From Elsinoe ampelina (Eukaryota): a stretch of DNA of 64,000 bases. The notes under the pieces were generated by a model that saw only the letters and a program-made list of their open reading frames with translations, was not told the origin of the DNA and did no database searches. Shown here one piece after another: positions 1-12,380 of this stretch. The translations under genes and the position numbers were made by a program. The DNA lies in the NCBI GenBank assembly GCA_010093995.1, contig ML992503.1, positions 1,689,356 through 1,753,355 on the forward strand, given 5' to 3'. Each line of letters starts with the position of its first letter. Position 1 is the stretch's first letter.

Positions 1-506
1 CTTTATAGTATAATTATAGATATAATTAGTTGCTTTAGAATCTAGTATCTATAAGTTAGAGATGTTACTAGTAGCTAAAATAAATACTAAGTGTAATTTA
101 ATAGTAATAGCTATATTAATTAACACTAGTAGAGTTAACTCCTTCTAATATTATATTTCCTTAGTAATAGAAGCCTTAATTCTCTCTTTAAGAGTCTTAT
201 TATTTAGCCTTTATTTAACTTCCTTTATAGTCTACTAGTTTAGTATCTATCCTTCTAGCCTTAGATACTTATTTAAGTAATAGTACTTAATCTACTTATG
301 CTAGCCTTAGTATATATATTTAGGCTTCCTAGGGGAACTAGGTTTCTTATAAAGAACATTCTTAGTAGCTATAGGGAAGGCCGTAGCTCCCTTGCTAGCC
401 TTTATAGTACTATATAGCTTATAGAGTTTATAAAACTATCTAAACTTAGTAATTAGTTTAAGTATAGTTAGTAGAGTTAGTAAATCTAGATTAGTAAGGT
501 ACTTAT

Positions 507-708
507 TATTAAGCGGAAGGCACGTTTAGGGATAAAGTATGATATGGAACCAATCCGTACACTAGTTAGGTGATAGACGAGTTAATTAATTAAGGAGTCT
601 ATCTACCGAAAGAAAGAACAGCTATAAATCCCTAGGACTTAGTATTACATAACCTGTAGTTATATAACCTTTAGGCCTAATTATCTAGAGAGAGCTATAT
701 TTTTAACA
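507..708 (-). repeat. 3' LTR of family-B copy 1 (202 bp)
   Basis: Starts tattaagcgg (RIP'd TGTT) and ends ttaaca; direct match to 5759-5944 plus 11288-11303. Confidence 0.9.
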
Positions 709-3700
709 CTCCTACTTAGCTCCTATAGATAAGCTATTAGGTTAATAATAAGCTAAGTTGCTTTATAAACCTCGTAAAGTTCTAACCTTGTAATAGCTTA
801 GTTAACCTATTAGCTACTATATCTACTGTCCTTATAAACTTAACCTGTATCCTCTAGTTCCTCTATAGCCTCCTAACGTAGTAGTAAGCAACATTAATAT
901 ATTTTGCCCTTTTATAAGTATATAGCTCCTTTACAAGTAAAAGAGCTACCTAGTTATTACTATTAATCTTAGTAGTAAAGGGTAATCTTATTATTGCTTT
1001 CTAAGACTCCTTTATAGTTAGCTTCTAAGGTAATTAACTAACTATCTTATAACAGCCTATGTCTCTTAGTAACTAAGATAGGAACTGTAATCTCTTTATA
1101 TAAGAGTATATTACTATATATTTAGCCTCTATAGTAGAGGTTAAAATAGACTTCTACTTCCTACTTATCTAGCTAATAGAACTACTTATAAGTATAAAGA
1201 CGTACCTAAGAATAGAGACTTTATCTGTCTTGTCTAAGGCATAGTCTAAATTAGAATATCCCTTAAGAGTCTTATTACTATTCCTCCTAAACACTATACT
1301 AAGATCTTTAGTTAATCTAATATATCTTAATATCTTCTTTATCTTAATAGTATAGCTATCTATTAGATCTGCTATGAACTAACTAAGCCTTCCTAAGGCA
1401 AAGGCAGTGTCTAGTCTTATTAGAGTACTAAGGTACATCTAGCTTCTAATAGCATATAAGTACTTAGTTCTACTAAACCTTATATCTTTAGTCTAAGCTC
1501 TCTAAGGGAGCTTATTATCTATTAGCTACTTTGTTAGAGTAGCCTTATTAGAGGTTATATTAAGCCTCTATAGCACATTATCTATATAGTAGGTCTAGTT
1601 AAGCCTTAAGGTTCCTTATTGTCTGTCTCTTATAACCTTAACCCTAAGAACTTTACTAACCTTACTAAGATCCTTAATCTTAAAGATTCTACTAAGCTCT
1701 TACTTAAACCACTAGATGTTCTTTTTGCTTTATACTATAAATAGTATATTATTAACATAAACTAAAAGAATAATCTTCTTATTATAGTATATAAGAAGAT
1801 AAGAGTCTACTTTGCTCTAAGTAAAGCCTAGCTTTAAAAGCTTAGAGATATAGTACTAATTCTAATCTCTAGTAGCTTGCTTAAGTCTATATAAGCTCCT
1901 AAGAATACAGAAGGCAATACTAGGTTAGACCTTAAGTCTAGGTAGTAGCCTTATATAAATTACTTCCCTAAGGAATAATTCTATAAAGGTATTATTAATA
2001 TCTACCTAATAACATTTAAGGTTAAGTATATATACAATAGCAAAGAATAGTCTTAGTGTATCTACTCTAACTATTAGTATAAATATGTCTTTATAGTTAA
2101 TACTATACTTCTATAAGAAGCCTCTAGTAATAAGTCTAGCCTTAAACTTCTTAATAGAGCTATCCATATTATATTTAACATTAAAGACCTACTTAGATGT
2201 TACTAAGTTTAATCCTTTTAGAGGGATAACCTCTTCCTATGTATTGTTTAATCCTAGAGCATTAAGCTCTATATTAATTGCTTTCTACTACTTGCTTCCC
2301 TAAACTAGATTAGTAATAGCCTTATAGTAGTCTCTTAGAATTAGAATATATTACTTAACAAAGGCTATTATAGTAATCTTATTAACCTTATCTTGCTAAT
2401 TAATATACTTAGTAATAAATGCTCTATAATGCTTTATCTTAGGCTCTTTATTATTAAATTCTTTATCTCTTAATCTCTTAAGTAATTGACCTATATAATT
2501 AGGTAATATAAATTAAACTATTAGCTCTTCTCTACGTTAGAATTCTATAAGGTTAATAGAGTTAACCCTTAGAATCTTGATATGTAAGAAGATTCTCTCT
2601 ATAGGCGCTTCTTGCTAAATAGGCTAATCTAATTAGTCTACCTTAGGATTAAGCCGGGCTTAGATCTAGGTTAGTCTACTAATTAGTCTCTTAACTAGTG
2701 CTTAATTGCTCGTAGTGCTAATCTTAATACTAAGATTAATATTCCTACCTTTCTTAAATTTAGAGAACTTAACATTTAGTAATATAATTACTGCCTTCCT
2801 ATTAGGTGTCTATATCTTATATATCTTGTTAGTTCTATCTATATAGCTAAGGAATACTCCTACTCTCCCTCTGTCTATAAGCTTATCTTTTCTTCTATAT
2901 ATAGGAAGGGACTTTAGGTTTATATAGGTATATACCTTATAGCCCTAGACTCTAATATAATTAACTAATGGCTTAATACCTGTATAGGCCTTAATTAGTG
3001 TAACTTGCTTATTATTAATTATAGGTCTAGTTACTATCCTGTTTCTTAGATATATATCTACCTAAACTACTTTAGGCTAGAACTTATTTAGCATCTTTAA
3101 GTCCTTAAGCATTGCTCTTATACTATTCTCTAAGGTTTAGATACCTTTCTCTACTAGTCTATTCTAGATTAAATTATATAGCTTAGTAGTTATATAATAG
3201 ATGCTTTCTTAGCGCTTCTACTACTTTAGGATCTTATTAAGCTTACTAGTATTATCTAATCTAGTGACCTTAACTTTAGTATTACTTTCCTTCTTAACTC
3301 TTAGCTTCTACTTAATAAGCCTCTATAGAGCTTTATCTCTTGTCTTAAGTAGTATAATCTATGTTATTCTTAAATAGCTATCTATAAGCTCTAGAAAGTA
3401 TCTAAATTCTTCCCTACTTGTTTTAATTAGGCTATAGATATTAGTATAAATAAGCTAAAGAACCTCTAGTCTTCTCTATAAAGTTTTGCCTCTTCTATTC
3501 CTTATCTTTATTAAGGAACAGACCTTATATAGGATTAACAAATTATAGTTTAAATTAATAAGCTTCTTAAGAGTTATAACCTTATAAAGATCCCTAAGCT
3601 TCTTAACTCTAAGGTAAGTAAATCTCCTATGCTAGAGTTAGTACTCTATGTTAGAGTTGTTAGGTCTTAAATTAATAAGATCCTTATATTGCTTATCCTA

Positions 3701-5944
3701 GGTTAGATATATATACTTAGTGTGTAATATAATTACTAGCTAAGTAGTAAGGAATACTATGTCCTAATTAGCTAGATCTAGAATTAAGCCGGGCTTAGAT
3801 CTAGAATATGGCTTTTAATTAGCTAACTACTTAAAGAGGAATTAGATAATATATATTCCTCCTCGAATTCTAGCTTTAAGTAGTAGCTGCTTTTATAAAT
3901 TAAGAACAAGAAAAGAATTTAAATTAAGAACTCTAGAAACTCCTAAATCTGTATATAGCTTGTAATAGAAGACTAAATTAACACTAAGATTAGGTATATA
4001 AAGAGCCTATACCTTTATCTTATCTCCCTTCTTAGTCCTAATAACTATAGTTCCTATTAACTATAACTAAAGGTAACTCTCTCTAACCTAGATCTATTAA
4101 GTGTGTATCTTACTTAATAGGCCCCTAAAGAGAGTTAGCTTGTCTATTATATAGTTAGATGCTCTAGAGTTAAGTATCTACTAATAATGTAGAAGCTTAC
4201 CTTATACCTCTAATGTAGAGCCTATAGTCTTAAGTTCCTCTTTACCTAATAGAACTTTAGGTAGTAGAGTTAAGATTAGAGAGGAAGGTTCGGACTAGCC
4301 TTTAGTAGTAGTAAAGGCTTTACCTTTCTTTAACTTAGATACTGCTTCTAGTCTGTTAACCTTCTTAGTAAGATGCCTAATAAGGGTAATTAGATTATTA
4401 GAAGCTAATAGAGATCTTCTCCTCCTTAGTAGACTCTTAGTAATCCTATAGGAAAGCTAAATATACCTCTATGCTCTTTAAAGTTAAGGGCATCTAGTTA
4501 TAGTGTAACTAGCCTATAAGTAGAAGATATATATATAGTTTATACTTCTACTAGGTCTTTAATTTGGTCTCCCCCTAGTAAACATAGTAATTTTATACTT
4601 GCTAAGGTATCTCTCTTCCTCCTTAAGAATAAGAAGGACCTTATCTATGTTAGTTAATTCTCTTACTTTAATTACTTACCTTATAAATCTATAGTTATTA
4701 GGAAGAGAAGAGAGAAGCTACTATAATCTCTCTACTACCTTCTAATAACCCTTGTCTAGGTAGACAATAGCTATCTATCTTCCTAAGCTAGTAAGGTAGG
4801 ACTAAGCTTTATTAATAGTGTCCTACTTATCTATCTTATAGTTTACAAATTAGATAACTAGCTCCCTTACGCTTGCCTTAAGGTTTATTTTATACTTAGA
4901 CTTAAGTAATCTCTAATACTCTAATATAAGCTCTTCCTTATATAGTAACTCTTTATTATCTTATAAGATATACTAGACAACCTAGTACTTAGTAGTTGCA
5001 TTAGCCTTTTACTAGTCCTTTAACTTAATAGGTAGGACTAAAAAGAAGCTAGAGGTGTTATTAGATAATAGTGTTACTAAAGGGGTAGTCTAACTACGAA
5101 TAGTCTAGAAGGCATTCTTACTTATAAGGTATATTTCTATCTAGTGGAACTATTCTCTCTAGTTAAGTCTATTAAGCTTAATAACTAGTCTTCTTAAAGA
5201 TAAGAACTAATCTTCTATAGTTAGGAATTAAGTTCTCTAAGGAGAAGAGAATTAAATAAATAGATAAAGGTTAAGTTTAGTTAATAACCTCTAGTTAATA
5301 GTTGTCTATAAGGCTAGCTAGGCCTTAGAGGAAGTTAATAAATTAAATATGTTTAGTTAATCTAGCTAATAAACAGCAGCTATAGTAGNNNNNNNNNNAT
5401 AAAGGTTAAGTTTAGTTAATAACCTCTAGTTAATAGTTATCTATAAGGCTAGCTAGGCCTTAGAGGAAGTTAATAAATTAAATATGTTTAGTTAATCTAG
5501 CTAATAAACAGCAGCTATAGTAGAAAAATTATAGTAGTTAAACCTATGCTAAATAGAAGTACTATTTCTACTTATTGTCCTAAGTAGTACAATCTTTCAC
5601 GACTTATAGTATAGTCTACTAGGCTTACTAAAGGTATCTAGATAGTTAACTATAAGGCGGTAGGAATATTGTAATTCCGCTTCTGTTTTGTTTAAGTAGT
5701 AGGCTAACTACTATATATACAATTCTATACTTATGCTATAAGCTCCGGGCTTATAACCTGTTAAGCGGAAGGCACGTTTAGGGATAGAGTATTATATAGA
5801 ACTAATCCGCACACTAGTTAGGTAATAGACGAGTTAATTAATTAAGGAGTCTATCTACCGAAAGAAAGAATAGCTATAAATCCCTAGGACTTAGTATTAT
5901 ATAACCTGTAGTTATATAACCTTTAGGCCTAATTATCTAGAGAG

Positions 5945-6146
5945 TGTTAAGAATATAGCTCTCTCTAGATAGTTAGGCCAGGAAGTTACATGACTACAGG
6001 TTATATAATGCTAAGTCCTAGGGATTTATAGCTGTTCTTTCTTTCGGTAGATAGACTCCTTAATCAATTAACTTGTCTATTACCTAACTAGTGGGCGGAT
6101 TAGTTCCATACAATACTCTACCCCTAAATATGCCTTCCGCTTAACA
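5945..6146 (+). repeat. 5' LTR of family-B copy 2 (202 bp)
   Basis: tgttaag...cttaaca termini; direct repeat of 11081-11282. Confidence 0.92.
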
Positions 6147-7903
6147 GGTTATAAGCCTAGAGCTTATAGCACTAGTATAGGATTGTATATAAAGTAGTTA
6201 AGCATCTACTTTATCAAAATTAGGCCGGATTCCCTAGTATACTTCTCCGTATCCCCTTTATTATCCGATCCTAGACAGATTAGTAGAGGCGGTGTAAAGC
6301 GTAAAAGACTAGTTGCTTAGTGCATTAAGTAAGGACTCCCTAACGTAGTCCAGTACAGGTTTTAACCCTGTAAACGCACAACAGCTGCCGTTTATTAGCT
6401 GTCATTAACAAAACAACAATCTTAAAGGTTATTCATCAAAAGGAACCTAACCTTTATCTATTTATTTAAATTTCCTTCTCTCTTAGAACTTATCCTTAAC
6501 TATAGAGGACAACAACACCTAATTAAGGCAGCTAGTACTAACACTCTTAAAGGACAACTATAAGAAGTGGTTCTAATAGATAGAGCTCTAGCTAGCATCT
6601 AAGAAGGTGTTATAGACCCTTAATTCCCTTACTAAACCACTAGTAATAACTCTAGGGTCATTATTAGCTTCTTTATTCGACTCCTAGCACTCTCCTTAGT
6701 TAGTAGAGAAGAATAGTGCTACCCTTTACTAGATCTATAGATATATCTTAGAAAGAGATCAAGAGATAATTCAGGAATAGTAGTAGGCTAAACTAGCTTA
6801 GGAGAAGCTAAAGAGCAAGTATATAAAGTAGATAGGTGTATAGGTAAGACAATTACAGAGAGAGTTTGTTATATATACTATAAGTAATAAGACAACTATC
6901 TTAGAAGCCTAGTTACACCTAACTATGTTAGGAAGGAGGATTAATAGATCTTTACAGGTTAAGTAATACTCTATACTAACGACAAGAATCCAAACTCTGC
7001 TTGCTACTCTTCTAGCTTTATAGTTATCTACAAGGGATGCCCTAGATGCTTAGCTACACCTTAGTATAGATAAGATCTATAATATCCTTAAGGAAAAGGA
7101 AGCCTAGAAGGGAGAAGGGGAATCTACTATATTTATAAGAGGCAGACTACAAGGAACTAGTAGAAGTTTAACTTATATATGTATCTTATATAAGGAACCT
7201 AGATACTCTATGTCTAGGTGCCCTTATCTCTAATAAGCCAAGAAGCATGTCCCCTCCTATAGAGTCACTAAAAGAGCTAGTCCTATAAGGAGATAGTCAC
7301 CTAAACGCTAGAAGCTGCTTAAACTTATAAGATAGCTTACTAAGAGAATAGATTCTCTAGAAGCAGCTAAGTCAAAGAGGAAAGGCAAAGCCTATCTAGC
7401 TACTAAAGGAGGATTACTATTAACATCTCTATCTCTACTACTAGAAGTTCTTTCTAGTGCTAAAGAGCTTAAGACTACAGGTTCTATATTAGAGGTTTAA
7501 GGTAAACTTCTATACTATTAGTAGATGCTTAACTCTAGAGTATCTAACTATATAATAGACAAGCTAACTCTCTTTAGGGGCCTATTAAGCAAGATATACA
7601 CTCGATAGATCTAGGTTAGGGGGGGTTACCTTTAGTCATAGTTAATAGGAACTACTGTTATTAAGACTAAGAAGGGAGATAAGATAAAGGTATAGGCTCT
7701 TTATATACCTAATCTTAGTGTTAATTTAGTCTCCTATTGCAAGCTATATATAGATTTAGGAGTTTCTAGAGTTCTTAATTTAAATTCTTTTCTTGTCCTT
7801 AATTTATAGAAGCAACTACTACTTAAAGCTAGAATTCGAGGGGGGGTATATATTATCTAATCCCTCTTTAAGTAGTTAGCCAATTAAAAGCCACATTCTA
7901 GAT

Positions 7904-8077
7904 CTAAGCCCGGCTCAATTCTAGATTTAGCTAATTAGGACATAGTATTCCTTGCTACTTAGCTAGTAATTATATCACACACTAAGTATGCTAAGCCCGG
8001 CTTAATTCTAGATTTAGCCAATTAGGACATAGCATTCCTTGCTACTTAGCTAGTAATTATATCACACACTAAGTATG
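7904..8077 (+). repeat. 87-bp tandem duplication inside the pol region of copy 2
   Basis: ctaagcccgg...actaagtatg occurs at 7904-7990 and 7991-8077; single copy in copy 1 (around 3712-3797). Confidence 0.9.
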
Positions 8078-11000
8078 TATATCTAACCTAGAATAAGCAA
8101 TATAAGGATCTTATTAATTTAAGACCCGACAACTCTAATATAGAGTACTAACTCTAGCATAGGAGATTTACTTACCTTAGAGTTAAGAAGCTTAAGGATC
8201 TTTATAAAGTTATAACCCTTAAGAAGCTTATTAATTTAAACTATAATTTGTTAATCCTATATAAGGTCTATTCCTTAACAAAGATAAGGAACAGAAGAGG
8301 TAAAACTTTATAGAGAAGACTAGAGGTTCTTTAGCTTATTTATGCTAACATCTATAGCCTAATTAAAGTAAGTAGGGAAGGATTTAGATACTTCCTAGAG
8401 CTTATAGATAGCTATTTAAGAATAATATAGATTATACTACTTAAGACAAGAGATAAAGCTCTATAGAGGCTTATTAAGTAGAAGCTAAGGGTTAAGAAGG
8501 AAAGTGATACTAAAGTTAAGGTTACTAGATTAGATAATGCTAGTAAGCTTAATAAGATCCTAAAGCAGTAGGAGCGCTAAGAAGGCATCTATCACACAAC
8601 TACTAAGCTATATAATTTAATCTAGAATAGACTAGTAGAGAAAGGCATCTAAACCTTAGAGAATAGCATAAGAGCAATGCTTAAGGACTTAAAGATGCTA
8701 AATAAGTTCTAGCCTAAAGCAGTTTAGGCAGATACATATCTAAGGAACAGGACAGTAACTAGACCTATAATTAATAATAAGTAAGTTACACTAATTAAGG
8801 CCTATATAGGCATTAAGCCATTAGTTAATCATATTAGAGTCTAGGGCTATAAGGTATACACCTATATAAACCTAAAGTCCCTTTCTATATATAGAAGAAA
8901 AGATAAGCTTATAGACAGAGGAAGAGTAGAAGTATTCCTTAGCTATGTAGATAGAACTAACAGGATATATAAGATATAGGTACCTAATAGGAAGGCAGTA
9001 ATTATATCACTAAATATTAAGTTCTTTAAATTTAAGAAAGGTAAGAATATTAATCTTAGTATTAAGATTAGCACTACGAGTAATTAAGTACTAGTTAGGA
9101 GACTAATTAGTAGACCAACCTAGATCTAAGCCCGGCTTAATCCTAAGGTAGACTAATTAGATTAGCTTATTTAGCAAGAAGCGCCTATAGGGAGAATCTT
9201 CTTACATATTAAGATCCTAAGGGTTAACCCTATTAACCTTGTAGAATTCTAACGTAGAGAAGAGCTAATAGTTTAATCTATATTACCTAATTATACAGGT
9301 TAATTACTTAAGAGATTAAGAGATAAAGAGTTTAATAATAAAGAGCCTAAGGTAAAGTATTATAGAGCATTTATTACTAAGTGTATTAATTAGCAAGATA
9401 AGGTTAATAAGATTACTATAACAGCCTCTATTAAGTAATATATCCTAATTCTAAGAGACTACTATAAGGCTGTTACTAATCTAGTTTAGGGAAGCAAGTA
9501 GCAGGAAGCAATTAATATAGAGCTTAATACTCTAGGATTAAACAACACATAAGAAGAGGTTGTCCCTCTAAAAGGATTAAACTTAGTAATATCTAAGTAG
9601 GTCTTTAATATTAAGTACAACACGGATAGCTCTATTAAGAAGTTTAAGGCTAGACTTGTTACTAGAGGCTTCTTATAGAAGTATAGCATTAACTATAAAG
9701 ACATATTTACACTAATAGTTAGAGTAGATACACTAAGACTGTTCTTTGCTATTATATATATACTTAACCTTAAATATTATTAGGTAAATGTTAATAATGC
9801 CTTTATAGAATTATTCCTTAGGGAAGTAATTTATATAAGGCTACTACCTAGACTTAAGGTCTAACCTAGCATTGCCTTCCGTATTCTTAGGAGCTTATAT
9901 AGACTTAAGCAAGCTACTAGAGATTAGAATTAGTACTACATCTCTAAGCTTTTAAAGCTAGGCTTTACTTAGAGCAAAGTAGACCTCTATCTTCTTATAT
10001 ACTATAATAAGAAGATTATTCTTTTAGTTTATGTTAATAACATACTATTTGCAGTATAAAGCAAAGAGAACATCTAGTAGTTCAAGTAAGAGCTTAGTAG
10101 AATCTTTAAGATTAAGGATCTTAGTAAGGTTAGTAAAGTTCTTAGGGTTAAGGTTATAAGGGACAGACAATAAGGAACCTTAAGGCTTAACTAGACCTAC
10201 TATGTAGATAATGTGCTATAGAGGCTTAACATGACCTCTAACAAGGCTACTCTAACAAAGCAGCTAATAGACAATAAGCTCCCTTAGAGAGCTTAGACTA
10301 AAGATATAAGGTTTAGTAGAACTAAGTACTTATATACTATTAGAAGCTAGATGTACCTTAGTACCCTAATAAGACTAGATACTACCTTTGCCTTAGGAAG
10401 GCTTAGTTAGTTCATGGCAGATCTAATAGACAGCTATACTATTAAGATAAAGAGAATATTAAGATATATTAGATTAACTAAAGATCTTAGTATAGTATTT
10501 AGGAGGAATAGTAATAAGACTCTTAAGGGATATTCTAATTTAGACTATGCCTTAGACAAGACAGATAGAGTCTCTATTCTTAGATACGTCTTTATGCTTA
10601 TAGGTAGTCCTATTAGCTAGATAAGTAGGAAGTAGAAGTCTGTTTTAACCTCTACTATAGAGGCTAAATATATAGTAATATACTCTTATATAAAGAGATT
10701 ATAGTTCCTATCTTAGTTACTAAGAGACATAGGCTGTTATAAGATAGTTAGTTAATCACCTTAGAAGCCAACTATAAAGGAGTCTTAGAAAGCAATAATA
10801 AGATCACCCTTTACTACTAAGATCAATAGTGATAATTAAGTAGCTCTTTTACTTATAAAGGAGCTATATACTTATAAAAGGGCAAAGCACATTAATGTTA
10901 CTTACTACTACGTTAGGAGACTATAGAGGGACTAGAGAATACAGGTTAAGTTTATAAGGACAGTAGACATAGTTACTAATAGATTAACTAAGCTATTATA

Positions 11001-11080
11001 AGGTTAGAACTTTATAAGATTTATAAAGCAACTTAGCTTGTCATTAATCTAATAGCTTATCTATAGGAGCTAAGTAGGAG

Positions 11081-11282
11081 TATTAAGAATATAGCTCTCT
11101 CTAGATAGTTAGGCTAGGAAGTTATATAACTATAGGTCATATAATGCTAAGTCCTAGGGATTTATAGCTGTTCTTTCTTTCGGTAGATAGACTCCTTAAT
11201 CAATTAACTCGTCTATTACCTAACTAGTAGGCGGATTGGTTCCATACAATACTCCACCCCTAAATATGCCTTCCGCTTAATA
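11081..11282 (+). repeat. 3' LTR of family-B copy 2
   Basis: Direct repeat of 5945-6146 preceded by the PPT. Confidence 0.92.
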
Positions 11283-12056
11283 GAGAGAGCTATATTCTTA
11301 ACACTTATTAGTAAATACTAGTTTAATCTTTAAGATAAAGAGTAAGAAGTCTCTCTATAGCCTTAAGCCTTAAGCTTCTAGTAGATTATAGTTCCTAGCC
11401 TTATCTATAACCTCTTTCTATTACTAAAGCTAATAGTCTATATTCTATAAGAAAGAGCTAGATAGCTACTTTCTCTAGAGTACTTTAACTTTAAGCTAAA
11501 TAGCTATATTAGATAGAGCAAATCTGTTCTTTAATGCCCTAAGGATAGCCTATAGATAAGGATCCCCTTCTAGTTAGATAATAGTAAGAACTTATAGTAC
11601 AATTAATAACTAAATAAGGCTAGCTAAATTAGCTAAGGCCTTATACTATTTATTATATTATACTTATTCCTCCTTATATATCTAGAAGAGTACTAAGAAG
11701 TTAATATTTACTACCTCTAGCCTCTAAGGCTTAGAAAGCCCCTCTAGCTTAATAGCCTTCTAAGGATTAATAAGGTTCTATATCTTAGTATTTAAAGCTC
11801 TTATCTTAATAATATATAGCTAGCTAGCCTATTTAGCTAATATAGTAAGAATAATAAGTATTCTAGCTATTAAGGTATTAGTATCTATAGTTGTTTATTC
11901 CTTTATTAACACCTAAATCTTATAGTTATAGTTAAGGTAGTTCTTAATAGATTCTAATATTTAAAAAGCAAGATAGTAAAGAATTAACTAATAAATAGAG
12001 TAGGAAAGCAACTAAGTAATATACTTATATAGAGGTAGTTATACCGGGCTTATAAC

Positions 12057-12316
12057 TATTAACTTATATAGGGGAGGAAAAAGAATTAATTACTACCTAA
12101 ACTACTAAAATAAGGTAGATTATAACTACATAAATACTTAACCTAGTGTACTAAAAGATAGCTAAATCAAAAGAACTCCTTAATAGTAACAGATTAAGAC
12201 AATAACCATCTAATTTAATTATAAATTGGTAGAGTAGTAGATAAGTGTTCAGTTCCACCAGGGGATGAACTGAATCAGGGTCCTTCTTGGCGCTCCAGCT
12301 TATACCTCGGTTGACA
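12057..12316 (-). repeat. 5' LTR of the family-A host element (260 bp)
   Basis: Adjacent PBS; homologous to, but diverged from, the LTRs at 25165 and 30129; ends ggttgaca. Confidence 0.85.
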
Positions 12317-12380
12317 CGACCAGATCTTCCCTGCCTCTGTCGCATCGCCTCACGTCTTGATCACATTTGAAGATGTTATT

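Larger units (their letters stand above)
5945..11282 (+). mobile_element. RIP-degraded Ty1/copia element, family B copy 2, inserted in inverted orientation in the 5' LTR of copy 1
   Basis: 202-bp LTRs at 5945-6146 and 11081-11282; PBS ggttataagcc from 6147; PPT agtaggag 11073-11080; TSD GAGAG at 5940-5944 and 11283-11287. Remnant ORF 10414-10620 (LKGYSNLDYALDKTDRVSILRYVFMLIGSPIS) resembles the start of copia RNase H. Confidence 0.93.
507..11303 (-). mobile_element. RIP-degraded Ty1/copia element, family B copy 1, inserted in the family-A element
   Basis: 3' LTR 507-708 is followed by ctcctact (reverse complement of the PPT). 5' LTR is split into 5759-5944 and 11288-11303. PBS reads GGTTATAAGCCCGG on the minus strand. 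TSD CTTAT at 502-506 and 11304-11308. Confidence 0.92.
1..12316 (-). mobile_element. RIP-degraded Ty1/copia element, family A (outer host; own sequence at 1-506 and 11304-12316; continues left of window)
   Basis: Positions 85-506 and 11304-12316 are collinear with 28962-30387 of the second copy. PBS-like ccgggcttataac precedes an LTR at 12057-12316 ending ggttgaca. TpA-rich with no long ORFs. Confidence 0.9.

Noticed and set aside
5264..5523. 125-bp direct repeat (5264-5388 and 5399-5523)
   Set aside because: It flanks a 10-N gap exactly, which is typical of unmerged contig overlap. One G/A difference, but most likely an assembly artefact.
1..12316. AT-rich block as a centromere or Starship boundary
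   Set aside because: Fully explained by RIP'd copia elements. No tyrosine-recombinase captain gene is visible and a centromere cannot be judged from this window.
9486..12345. Short ORFs 9486-9689, 10414-10620 and 12151-12345
   Set aside because: Chance or remnant frames in RIP'd TE sequence; 10414-10620 is a pol fragment, not a gene.
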